A stretch of DNA of 64,000 nucleotides from positions 14,437,350 to 14,501,349 of the forward strand of contig CM082581.2 of the NCBI GenBank assembly GCA_040954595.2, given 5' to 3'. Below the pieces are notes generated by a model, which saw only the letters and a list, made by a program, of their open reading frames with translations, did not search any database and had not been told where the DNA came from. A program made the position numbers and the translations under genes. How positions within the stretch are numbered: position 1 is the first letter of the stretch; each line of letters opens with the position of its first letter. The stretch is from Balanoglossus misakiensis (Eukaryota > Animalia > Hemichordata). Positions 1-11,900 of this stretch are shown here, one piece after another.

Positions 1-287
1 ATAGAAAACACATGATCTCAAAGAACTCAAATAGGAAAAAGTAAAAAGGGGTTCATCTTTAATAATAGTGCTTTTAAATGAAAACTTTACTTTTTTCCCC
101 ACTACTAAGGGCAATATGATGTTTTGAAAATCTGGGCAATGGGTTGGAAAGATGGCATATTCCATTGGTACTGTCAGTTCTCAGATGCTGCATTCTCCAT
201 GGTAACTGTTTATATTTGCCATGGGCTGCTGCCCTCAATGTTCTTGTGTTATTTTTCAAGTACTGGCAGCAATGTTTAAATCAAGGG

Positions 288-1272
288 CTATGACACTCTG
301 TCCAAGGCTTCCAACATGATTATGCTGTTTCCACGTATCACCTACAAGAAAAAAAGGGGGAAAAATCCCTATGAGAGGATACACAATTTGAAGGTTTTTA
401 GTTTTTAAGAAAGAGTTGTCCGAGTTCTCAAGAAAGAAAGATTGCTTCTTAAAATGTAAAATTTATCCTTGCCTCATCTTAACACACTTCTTGATTGCAC
501 TTCTAAAGTGCCAAGGGAAAACTACAAAAGCTTGAGAAATCCAAAATACTTACCACCATTCCAATATGATGTTTTTCACCACCTGAAATTTCTTCAACAG
601 ATTCATCTAACACAAGATTCATAAACGGGTCATACCCCCGCAGTACACCAGTCACCGCTCTACCTCCATTTAATTTCACTGAAGAAAGAAAAGGGAGATT
701 CAGTTACTTTACAGCAACCATTGTACATGCATATGCACGACAAGTATATGCCATACTGTCTATGACAATTCCCACTGATGAGTGTGTTGGCTAAGCACTA
801 ATTCAGTGTCCCAATTCGTCAAAAGTTTCAACTAAACTCACAAGCTGACAATCTTATCTACTTGAACAAAAATCGGGTTCTATTCAGTCGTTCCACCATT
901 TCCAGTATGTAATGCTGTGCATAAGGTGTTGTGAAACCATTTATAATAAACTTACATGACAGCTTTTTGTCCATGAACCTGGAATGAACAATAAGAGATG
1001 TAATGTTAAAATATTTTCTCTTGTTATGCCCATTTCCTTATTTCCTAAGTGAAACTGGTATCTATAGTTTTAGAGATTATGCCACTGTCAAACAGTTCGC
1101 GACCATGTCAAGCAATGGGCGCAGCCATTTTGAATGACATCCTTGAACCACAATATTGATCATTCCTTAGTCAAAAAAAGGCTTCAAACAACACGAAAAC
1201 GCCTCGTACGGAACCAAAAACTCGAGATTCAAATACTTACTTCTTTAGTTCTGGTGGATGGGCCTTACTCAT
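288..1272 (-). CDS. SNRPG: Small nuclear ribonucleoprotein G (SmG), 4 coding exons: 1272-1241, 978-956, 678-554, 341-288; 77 aa
   Basis: Spliced translation [77 protein letters not shown] closely resembles metazoan SmG. All introns are GT-AG and the phases sum to 234 nt. Missed by the ORF track. Confidence 0.97.
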
Positions 1273-2092
1273 TTTGGATTAATTAGATTGGAGACCAACT
1301 GATGTAGCTGAATCCTTTGTTTACAACGCAAGACGACGCTCAGAAAGCGTTTTGGCGTTGTTCCATTGTGTGTATGAGATGACAAAAAGTGACTCCTCTC
1401 CGAAACAACTCTAATAGAAAAATACTTATGTTTTAAGCAACGTGATTTTACATTTATAAACGTAATCATACAACTCCGTCGTGTTTATTGAACTGTTTTA
1501 TCATTTGATTAGAATGCATTAGAGAAGCATTCGTCCATTCATCCCTACAAAATAATGAACTCTTCACATAGCTTCACTTCTGCCGAATGTTGTCGAACTT
1601 TTACGAGTAAGAACGAGCAGCAGGCTTCCGTGTGTTGCGGCAAAATCGCCACTCGACAACGCGTCAAGTTAACGGTGAGTTGTGGAATTTTTACAGGGGT
1701 TACAGCAGTATATAAGTGTTAATGTGGAACGGACATTCACAGCCAGTTGAGACTACAGAAAGTTTTAATCTAAACTTCACAGACCTGTATCTGAAAACGA
1801 CAAACGTTTTCGCTATTGGTCGTGAGTTTTGTAAAGACCAGCCAATCAGAAAAGACGATCGTCGATACCGAAAACCCGCGAAATACAGAGTTAAAAAACA
1901 AAGTGCTATTGCTTGTTTTGTAAACTTTCCCATAAAAACAAACAGGACAAGGTGTTTTCGTCAATTTTGTACGTATATCGATGATTGCTATACAACTACA
2001 AGAACCATATGATCTTTTGCGCCATTTTTGTGGATGGGCAGTATGACCTAGATAATCTACACCTGCCATTGGTTTCTTTGCAGTATTAGAGA
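1273..2092. promoter_or_regulatory. Divergent promoter region SNRPG / NF-YA, with a probable non-coding NF-YA first exon ending at 1674 and an intron 1675-2083 containing CCAAT boxes
   Basis: CpG-richer segment; donor AACG|gtgagt at 1675; acceptor tttctttgcag at 2083, 9 nt before the ATG at 2093; ATTGG at 1815 and AGCCAATCAG at 1840-1849. Confidence 0.6.
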
Positions 2093-4123
2093 ATGGATGA
2101 GGACACAGGTGGGTTGACGTATGCCTGCTTGGCATCAGTGAATAATACAGCCAGCCAGTATGAAAACACACTTGGGAATCACGCAGTTACACAATCTCAA
2201 AACAATGTTATGTATGAAAATGCATCACAGGTAAAAAAAAAAGTATCTCCTGCATTCTACTTTTTCAGAGTTAGACAAGTACATGTACCTCAATGGTTTT
2301 AGTCTAATTATCAGTTGATTTGCAGATTGAATTTAAGAAGAGAAATTTATGGTAGTTCTTTTCATAGGTCTGGTCGATGCATCATATTTCCTGAAAGAAG
2401 ATATGCCCCTTTGTTTGTAGTTAATTTTTGCTATTGAAAATATTTAATAAGAACTATTTTGTATGATGAAACTTTTGAAATTTCCAGTAGATTAACTGTC
2501 TTGTATGTAAAATTTTAACATCTTGATTTTTGGTTTTATTCTTCACCAGAGTAATGGCCACGTCCACAACACAGCCACACATTCCAATGGGTTTCATGAC
2601 TCCAATGCAATAAATTTCATGTCTCAAATTGAAGAAGGTCACATTGAGAATGGTCATCAGAACGTACCCCTTGTTTACCAGTCTCCTACAGAGGGTGCCC
2701 CACCACAGAGCGCACAGTCCAAAATGTATTCTGTTTCTAACAGCGATGGAAATGGCAGTTCCAATTCCCAGTTTGTGGCCATGGTGCCAACATCAGAACA
2801 GTCCCAGCAAATATATCAGCCAATCACAGCACCAGTTCAGAACAATACAAATAACACTGGCGTAACAAACAGAGGATTTGGAAATACCGGCCAATGCATA
2901 ATCGTAGATAATAGAGCTATTCCAGTGCACACTGATGGATCGAAACTGCAAAATGGGAATTTCCAAACTCAGCAAAGCCAAACTGGTCAGAAAAATGACA
3001 ACACCAGTGGTAACATGACCAACTCTGTACAGAATGCTGGCAGCATGATGATCTTAGTTGGTCAAAATCAAATGCCTGTTCAGCTACAACAAGGTGAGTG
3101 AAAAGAATGAAGGAAGCTGTTTCAAGGAATACATCCACCGCTATATATATATATATCCATATAAAAGGGTGTGTCTAAGACTTCAAATGACCATATACTA
3201 ACACACTTTTGTACATGGCCATCCACTGACAATCTGTGATTGGCAGGATCAGATTAATGCTAATTGATATAACATGCCAATAGTAAAGACAATGTGAAAA
3301 TAATGTCTCTTGTCTGACTTTTCCATTCTTTTATATTTTCCTAAGGAATGCAAATATTGGGTATTCCACAGGAGCAAAGAGGACCCATGTCTTTATTTAA
3401 AGAATTGGTCAGTATTTTTGGTCAATTTGCCACTTGTTTCATGACGTTACATCTGGCTCGTTTTTATGCTTTGGTATCCAAGAGAAAAATGCAACTTTTT
3501 GTTTGTACTGAATTGAAAGGACAAATAGCTACCACTGGACTCGACACTCCACACAGTGCAATATCCTGCAGGGAGTGTAATATGCCATCTTGCCAAGTTG
3601 GTGAAAGGCGGTATTGATCAACAATTTCAAAATGCAAATTGGGAAGAGTGGAAATACATAGATATTTTGAACAAATAGTGTAGATATTGCCAGAATAATT
3701 ATTACTGTACTTCACAATTATGAAATAATTTTTTTTGTAGAGTGGAGATCAGTCAGAAGAACCTTTGTACGTCAATGCCAAGCAGTATCATAGAATTCTA
3801 AAAAGAAGAGAAGCAAGAGCCAAATTGGAAGCAGAAGGCAAAATACCCAAACAAAGAAAGGTGAGGCGATCCATGTAAAGTTGTTTATTAATACTATCAC
3901 AAGATGTGCAACCTTTGATGTTAAATAGTAAAAATGAAAAAGATGTACATGTATTAAAATTTCATTCCATATGTAGTTTCTCATGCACCATCACAACAAA
4001 AATATTTGTGGATACATTTCATATATTTTTATTTTATTTCAGAAATATCTGCATGAATCACGTCATCTACATGCTGTCAAGAGAAAAAGGATGGACGGGG
4101 GAAAGTTTGCCACCAAGAATTAA
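2093..4123 (+). CDS. NFYA: Nuclear transcription factor Y subunit alpha-like (CBF-B/HAP2 domain), exons 2093-2230, 2550-3093, 3346-3407, 3741-3860, 4043-4123; about 314 aa
   Basis: Q/N/S-rich N-terminal region, then EEPLYVNAKQYHRILKRREARAKLEAEGKIPKQRK/KYLHESRHLHAVKRKRMDGGKFATKN*, the NF-YA A1/A2 helices. GT-AG introns with consistent phases; AATAAA at 4808. Confidence 0.93.
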
Positions 4124-5419
4124 CTATAGCAAGCAATTTATACCAAGAAGTAACACATAAAAAGTGTTCAACTACATACATTGGTTAAATTCAGGTTTAC
4201 TTAATGCTGTTCTCAGGAATTTCATGTCTCACAGTGTATCTTTCTTGTTTATACTGTATATTTTTTCTGACTTTGAAGAATCAGGAAATGGGTTCACTTC
4301 AGCTTGTAGTGCCATATTACCTGATGTTGCATTGTTCCTTGCCAGGTTCACTCACCCACACTTTTCATATCACTTTTGACATAAGGTTTGGAGGTGTTTT
4401 TTTGCTTTGGATTTTCATAAGGACTGGGGTGCGATAATTCTGAAAAAAAAGTTCTAAGTTGATTTTGCATTTGTTTTATCATTTATGCCCACTTTCATGA
4501 CATTTATTTGTATATGACTAAGTGTCAATACTCGACCAATCTTATTTGTAGAATATGGTTTTTGTAGCCCTTCACGAAGTGGAACCATATACAGGCCCCA
4601 ACAACGATAATTCTCCTCTCAAAGGTGCAGTTACATTTCTGAATTTTGATAGATATAAGAATTTGGCAGTGTTTCAGTATTTAAATGTGGATTATGAATG
4701 TTTTGAATATATTTATTTTTGAGATTTAAGTTATGTCTGCATAATTCTGAAGTGTTATTGATCTATATATATTTATTTACGATTTACGGTGATTATAAAA
4801 TATTAGCAATAAATGCAATATTGTTCATATAACAACCATGTGAGAATCGTCATTCATTATTTATTAACTGAGGCATTGATTTAAATTTTCACTTGACAAT
4901 GCAGTTACCAAAGACTCAGAATCTGATCTTTGTGATATGACCTTTTACTAATAGCTGTGTTTGTTTTGCTACTGCATACTGACTGCTGCAGTGAGGTTTT
5001 GATTTCATTTCTGCAAACTAGTCCATTTCCCATGGTGCAAATCTGTACATCAGTGACTGAACGGCCCTCATCATGCTCATGCATACTGAAACAACAGCAT
5101 TTTATCATAGACTGTTTGTACCACACGATGCGACATTTCTCCAGTCCCTAGCTTGTATTAGGGATTCTTTTACCATAACTGTTTTTATTTCAAACCTTTA
5201 AAGAACTCTGGCGAATATAAATCATTGAAATATGTACATGCTTCTTTACATGCAACTAGAATATGATGGGTCTGTCCCCTGAAGGTTGTATGAAATCCCT
5301 AACTGCATGTGATTAAATGTGAATCGATGATGATGTTATTGTTTATGGTGACTGACACTGGTCATAAAAAACTTTATTGAAAATATATATAAAACAGTCA
5401 CAGAAGAAAAGATTTTCAA

Positions 5420-5955
5420 TTTCATGCAAATGATTGGACAAAAAGTGCAGCTGTCTTGACGTGATGACCACGACGACCCAGTCACAGAGTGTATATATTT
5501 TTTAAACCATGGGGGTGGTGGTAGAACTATGACTTTACCGGTACTATGATCAACATTATTCTCGACCGAAAGCAAAGCACATGATTATTGTTGTCCCATT
5601 CTGATCATCCCAAAACATGCAAATCATGCAATGGAAGGGCTGAAGGACCGGATATTTACCACAGCAAACCGGTTTCGACTGGATCAGCTCTTGCCCTAAA
5701 ACGATTTGAAATATTTTTTCCTATTGGATTAGCTGAGATGAATCCGGAGTTGAAAGCCAATAGGATTCAATCTAACGTAGTGGGCTCAGTCGCATAATCT
5801 ATTAGTGTAACTGCGCAGTTGTAGTCTGGAGCTGGAGATTGTACAGTCAACACAAGAGGAATTTGTCCGATTTTCTATTGCTCGTTAAACAGGAGCGGCA
5901 GTATTACCGCCGTCTTCCGACACACAAGAGTCATTTACAATTTCCCGTTGAAGAA
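5420..5955 (+). promoter_or_regulatory. OGA promoter / 5' UTR with several CCAAT boxes and two octamer motifs
   Basis: ATTGG at 5433 and 5723, CCAAT at 5757, ATGCAAAT at about 5423 and 5617; CpG-rich region just upstream of the OGA ATG. Confidence 0.55.
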
Positions 5956-8900
5956 ATGTCGTCTTTAGCAAATGGGAATTTCCTTTGCGGAGTTGTTGAA
6001 GGTGAGATAGGCGTCGAGCGGACGTGGACTCCCCATTTTCATCTCTATGCATGAAATGATTAGCATTTGGCAAACGACGACGGATGCCCTGGGGTGACCC
6101 TTGAATGCTGAATTTGCACATTTCTTCCCGAATGTCGGCAACGAACGTCGTGTTTCATTTACTCATAATATCTACGGTATATCGGGATGCCCAATACGGT
6201 ATTTTATTTAATTGCTATACGATATTGTACTGTACGCTGATATGGCATCGGTTTCAGAGCGACTTTGCAGGGTAATGAGCCCGTGTTGAGACTTAGGGGG
6301 TCTGAGATAAGGGGTGGGGTTCATTTCACAAGCTTATTTTGTACACAATGGCAACAAATGAGCGATGCCAAGAAAAAATGGGTTTGTAATAAACGATTGA
6401 TACCCTCCAGTGGTGTGGAGGATTGGCATGTCCCAGGCATATGCATATTACGTGGGCCTTTTCTTGAATTTGGAGTAGGAAACACTCGAAATGTCAGTGC
6501 ATCCCATGCATAGGTCTTTTATGTGCATATCAGACTTTGTTTACTTGTTTGATTTCACATCTGTTGTTTCTTAAAGAAAGGTTTTTGAGGTATTTATGAC
6601 AGTAAAATAGAAGTATATATTCAGTGCATTTGGTTTTGTAAAATCTTGCTCAAAAGTAAGATGTGTTACAGTTTTTGTTTTCCAATATCTTTGCAGGGTT
6701 TTATGGCCGGCCATGGACAACAGAGCAAAGGGTCCGGCTTTTTCATTCAATGAAAAAACTTGGATTGAAACATTACATGTATGCGCCAAAAGATGATTGT
6801 AAACATCGTTCACTTTGGCGAGAAATGTATTCAGTTGAAGAAGCAGGTATACTTTGAATTTTCTTCTGTACATATTCATAGGTATTATTATATTTGTACA
6901 TTAGTAAGATAAGGTTGGTTACACGTGAGTGTTTTTAATGTTATTTGATGATTTGTTCTTTTTACAGAGCAACTGACACATTTTATAGAATCTGCCAAGG
7001 CCAATGATGTGCAATTTATATATGCTCTTTCTCCTGGGCTTGATATTACATTTTCCAGTGCAAAAGAAATAACCAGCCTGAAAAGGAAGTTGGAACAGGT
7101 ATGTATTTTTTTCAGCTTGGAGGCTTATTTATTGGTTGGATTCAAGCTATGTTTCTAAATTAATGATATTGTAATATGAAATGGAAACTCAGATGTGTAC
7201 TGAAATTTATCGTTTATTAACTTGATACTTGAAGCATAATACAAATGTTTAAGAAATTGTTCCCTAAATTTTTGTAACTTTTCTTCCAGGTCAAAGAATT
7301 TGGCTGTGATGCTTTTGCACTGTTGTTTGACGATATTGACACAGACATGTGTGCTGCAGATAAAGAAATTTTTCAGTCATTTGCTCATGCTCAGGTATCA
7401 GTTACAAATGAAGTTTATCAACATCTTGGACAGCCATTATTTTTATTTTGCCCCACAGGTAAGACTACATTTAATTTATAAATCATTGACTTATGCTTCC
7501 TATTCACACTGTAATCATACTAGGTAGAACTTATTTTTGTGTAATATGTACATTCTGGTCATTTTTAGGGGAAATGTGTGATGAGTGAATATTTTACTAT
7601 TATGGGTATTTTCAGTTGTATTGACATGGTGTAGGTGTATATAACTCAATAAAAATTTTGTCTTTCAGAATATTGTGCAACCAGAGCTGATCCGGATGTG
7701 GCCAGTTCGGAATATTTAAGCACCATCGGCAATAAGCTACTTCCTGCCGTAAACGTCTTATGGACAGGTAGCTCCTATTTTAAGTTGGTAATTTATAATG
7801 TGGCAACAGTTTGCATTAGTTGAGACTTGAAGAAAAGGGGAAAACTTTTTGAGAGAAAAGTTAATTTCCCCGCTACATCTGCTCATTAACTTAATGAAAG
7901 ATATCCTCTCTCTCTCTCTCCTGTTACAATCTTCAGGACCAAAAGTAGTTTCTAAAACCATCAGTATAGAATCAATTACTGAATTAAACAAAGTATTGAA
8001 GAGAGCACCAGTCATCTGGGACAACATCCATGCGAATGATTATGACCAGAAGAGGTTATTTTTGGGTGAGTATTCACAACGCCAGTCCACTGGAAATTGC
8101 TTTATATGTTGCTACTAATTGTACCTTATAGAGAACTGGAAGTAACAGCTTGCAAAAATGCATCGTAGTCTTTTTGCACAGGAAGTGCATTTCCATAATG
8201 ACTTCACTGTTTACCTCATTTCCATGTTGTGTGACTATCATTTATCATTGAGACCAGCCAGATCTAACTAATAATTGGGGTGAAAGGTTCATAGTTGAAT
8301 AGATTTACATGTTTACCTTTGTAGGTCCATACTGTGGCAGGTCAACTGACCTCATACCCCATCTTAGTGGAGTGCTGACAAATCCCAACTGTGAATATGA
8401 GGCAAACTTTATTGCTCTTCATACGCTGGGTACCTGGTGCCATTCATTGGACAACACAGATGGAAAGAAAGATGTTGTCAGTAAGTATCTATGTAGCTAA
8501 CTTTCTTAATATACCTTAGAAGCTAAGAACTATTGTTTTGGTAATGTTCACAATCTTGAATTACAAATCTTCAGAAATGGCATGATCTATACTACTTCAA
8601 GTTTCTTGATTCTTAATTTACTCACATAATCTCTTTGGTATTGTAATAGGGATTTTCATTGCGTTACAGGTGACACTTGCAACCCTGCCATAAATGCTGA
8701 CATCAAACTTGAGACTGAAGGAGAGAGTGAAACAGATACTTCTCAGATGCCGTATTTAGGTAACTACGATCCAAGAGCTGCTTTGAAAAAAGCCATCATT
8801 GATTGGTTGGATGAATTCAATCAGCCCCGTAACGCTTCTGGGAAGGACACAAATAGGACTTACAGTATGGCACCAATGCCTGATGCTCAAGGCCCTGTTA

Positions 8901-11900
8901 CTGGTGTCACCACATGCATGGCTGTGACGTCTACAACAGACACTGTTAACCCAAATGTTCCTGTGCAAAACTTACTCTTGAATGAGGCACAAAATGCTCT
9001 GAGGACACTGGAGGTGAATAAACTTGCTGCAGACGGGGAAGAAAGTTGCCTGGAAGAGAAAGTAGAGCCAATGGACATTGGCAATGGTGAGGACTCTACC
9101 CCAGGTGTCCAAGTTCCGACAAAAACTAGTTCATCCATCTCAAGTAGTACTGCTACTACTTCAGCAAACAAAATCACAGATGTGCCAATGCAGTTGGACA
9201 GTTCAATACCATCAAAAGACACAACCACTGTTTTGGTGCAAGATAAAGAAGCACACAATGGTGGACCTGACTCAAGGATGGCTCAGAGGTTGGAAATACC
9301 AACATATGAGGACCTTGAACTGTTGGTTGATCTGTTTTACTTACCATATCAGCATGGAAACAAGGCTGTCCATATCTTGGAAGAGCTGTACTGGCTGAAG
9401 ATTAACGCATGCCATGTTACAGAGGCAAAACATTCAAAAGACCCAACACCAGAAGTGAGTCAATTTCCTCTTTATAAATAGCACATTATAAGTCATATTT
9501 TGAAATCAGAAAACGTGGATTCACCTGTTCCATTGTTCAAGTACAAATAAAATTCCAGTGTTTTGTCAGTCCAATCATATCATATAGAAACGATAGAATT
9601 AAATTAAACTGCACTGTGTGGTATAAAGTGCCTAAGTCTCAGTAGTAATACTAGTACACCATAAAGCTGGCAATTTAAGGTCAGGTGAGACTTTCCTAGT
9701 CAAAGTACTGTGCCCTACATGTTCATTTTGTAAGCTGATTTTCAGCTGTAATCGTAACAAATTTATGCTGTTTAGGTAAAGAATAAATTTGAAAAATGTA
9801 TAACAAAAATAGCAGTATTATAGAATGAAGCACACTGAATTCTTGTTAATTTGTTACAGGCAATTGAATGGGCAGAGCGGGCATGCCAGTTCTCAGAGGT
9901 TTGCCAGGCTGTGATTGGAATTTTCCGAAGACTGGTCAATATTCCCAACAGGTCATTATTGTATGACCTGTACCCATATGTGTGGGACATGAGGGGGGTG
10001 GTCTCCCTTGTCCATTCCTTTGTCAAGTGGCTAGGTAAAGTAACAATTATGATAACAGCAATACAAAAATGCCCAATTGCGGACAATGTCAAAGAAAACT
10101 TAACTCGCTTAAAATTGATAAGACATGATTTTTGCAAAACTATCAGAAAAGAAAAGCAAAAACTCTTGGATTTGTCGTGTATCAGCACATTTGATTTTGC
10201 AAGTGCAATTGGGTTTATTTGAAGTCTTCTTTGAAAGAACTGTAGAATGTAGAAAAAAAAAACTCTTGGTGAAGAGGTAGTCTGTGGTATCAAGTTGACT
10301 GATAACTAGTCCTTGTACAGTAGATTGCCTTTTCACTGCAGTATGTGCATTTGTCTGAAAGGAAAATATACCAGGTTACATCAGGAGGAAGATGTCTTGA
10401 CTTCTTGTTAGTCGAAAAGGCTAATGTTGGCATCCCTCATGCACATTGCCACAGTGAAAAGTAGTCTCCTATTGAAAGTAGACATAATTGTTAAAAACAC
10501 ATTTTGTAGTCGTGTATTTGTCAAAGGGATTTTTGTGGTCATGAGTTAACAAGAAGTCAAGATTCTTCCTCCTTGCCTTTGTGGATTATGTGATTTATTT
10601 GTAGATGTTCACCTCAATTTGTTTTCTTCAGAGACAAAGTGCATAATTGAGCGCAAGGTACTGGAATCTGCATTTGAAATTCTGTATTGATTTGTCTTTG
10701 AATAGAGCCAATTGTTGGTACCTTATCTTCTTTCTCATGAAACCAGCAACTAACGAGAACAATTTCAATTTTTTCTTTCGTTTATATACAGTGATGGGAC
10801 AGGTGCCTCGTATCTCCTGTACCTACATGCAAGCAAGTTTAACATGTATGCAGACTTGTTTTTCATTGTTCTGTTCTAGTTGTGATTGTGTTTTGAGCCC
10901 CCTCTGTATAGGTGGGTAGGTAACATGAGTGAGTATGTGAAAGTGCATGGCGAGTTAGAGTTCGCACACACGCAGGGATCATGCGCGGCGCACATCACAG
11001 CATGCGCGATTACAAGAGAGGAGGCACTTGCATTGCAGATGAGATTTGATTTCAGACGATATGCTAATTGTGTTTGCTGTTTTCAGGTTGGAAAAGGCAC
11101 AAATTGCACAAAGTTAACAAGAGTGTGGTGCGCGAATTCAGTTCGCAAAGAAATGCGCAGAGTTAGTGTGCGTTGTGCGCGAGGAAAGCGCGTGGTATGA
11201 AATAATACTAGATTTGAGTGATAGATGAAACCAGTCAATCAAAGCAAGATTTCATCTGACTGATGGGAAGAAGTAAATTGTACAGTTGTCTTGCCATATT
11301 GCTGATAGTGGATTAATTAAGTCTGCCTTGTTTTCCAGTGCAAAGATTATGAAGTTTTGTTAATGCTATTCATCTGTATAGCAAATTAGTGTTCTCTAAC
11401 CATGTCAAATACACAGTGGTAGAATATGGGGCAAAACAAAAATTACAGACAGCTCTGCAAACAAAATTGTGTTAACACACATATGAATGTATTCATATTG
11501 TGGTTATGGATGTTTTTGCTTGTATTGCTGTCGCATTACTTATTTGGCATATAAATCCCCAGAACTGTTTATTGGAAATCATGTATTTTGAACTCTCAAT
11601 ATTGTATCAGTTTATAAATTTCAATTCTGATGACCACTGTTGCATGTTGTGGGAAGAACACTGGTTTCTTAATTGTCTCGTTGATTCGTTTTGCTGACAT
11701 TCAGTTGTTGTTGACAGACCAACATCAAAGCCAAACTTCACTAACGTTACTTTCTACAATGTTTCCAGGGTGTTCCTCAAAATACAAAGAATTATTCATG
11801 AGTGGTGATCACGAGCCCTGGGTCTTTCGTGGCGGTCTCAGTGCGGAGCTCCAAGTATGTTAGAGAGGTTATTTCTGCTGACGCTGTCTTTGAGTTGTCT

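Noticed and set aside
774-850. CTGATGAG resembling a hammerhead ribozyme core
   Set aside because: No correctly placed GAAA or stems I-III.
755-910. Possible H/ACA snoRNA in SNRPG intron 2 (AGATAA H box and ACA on the minus strand)
   Set aside because: Hairpin lengths (~49 and ~95 nt) are atypical and pairing is weak; not supportable without a covariance search.
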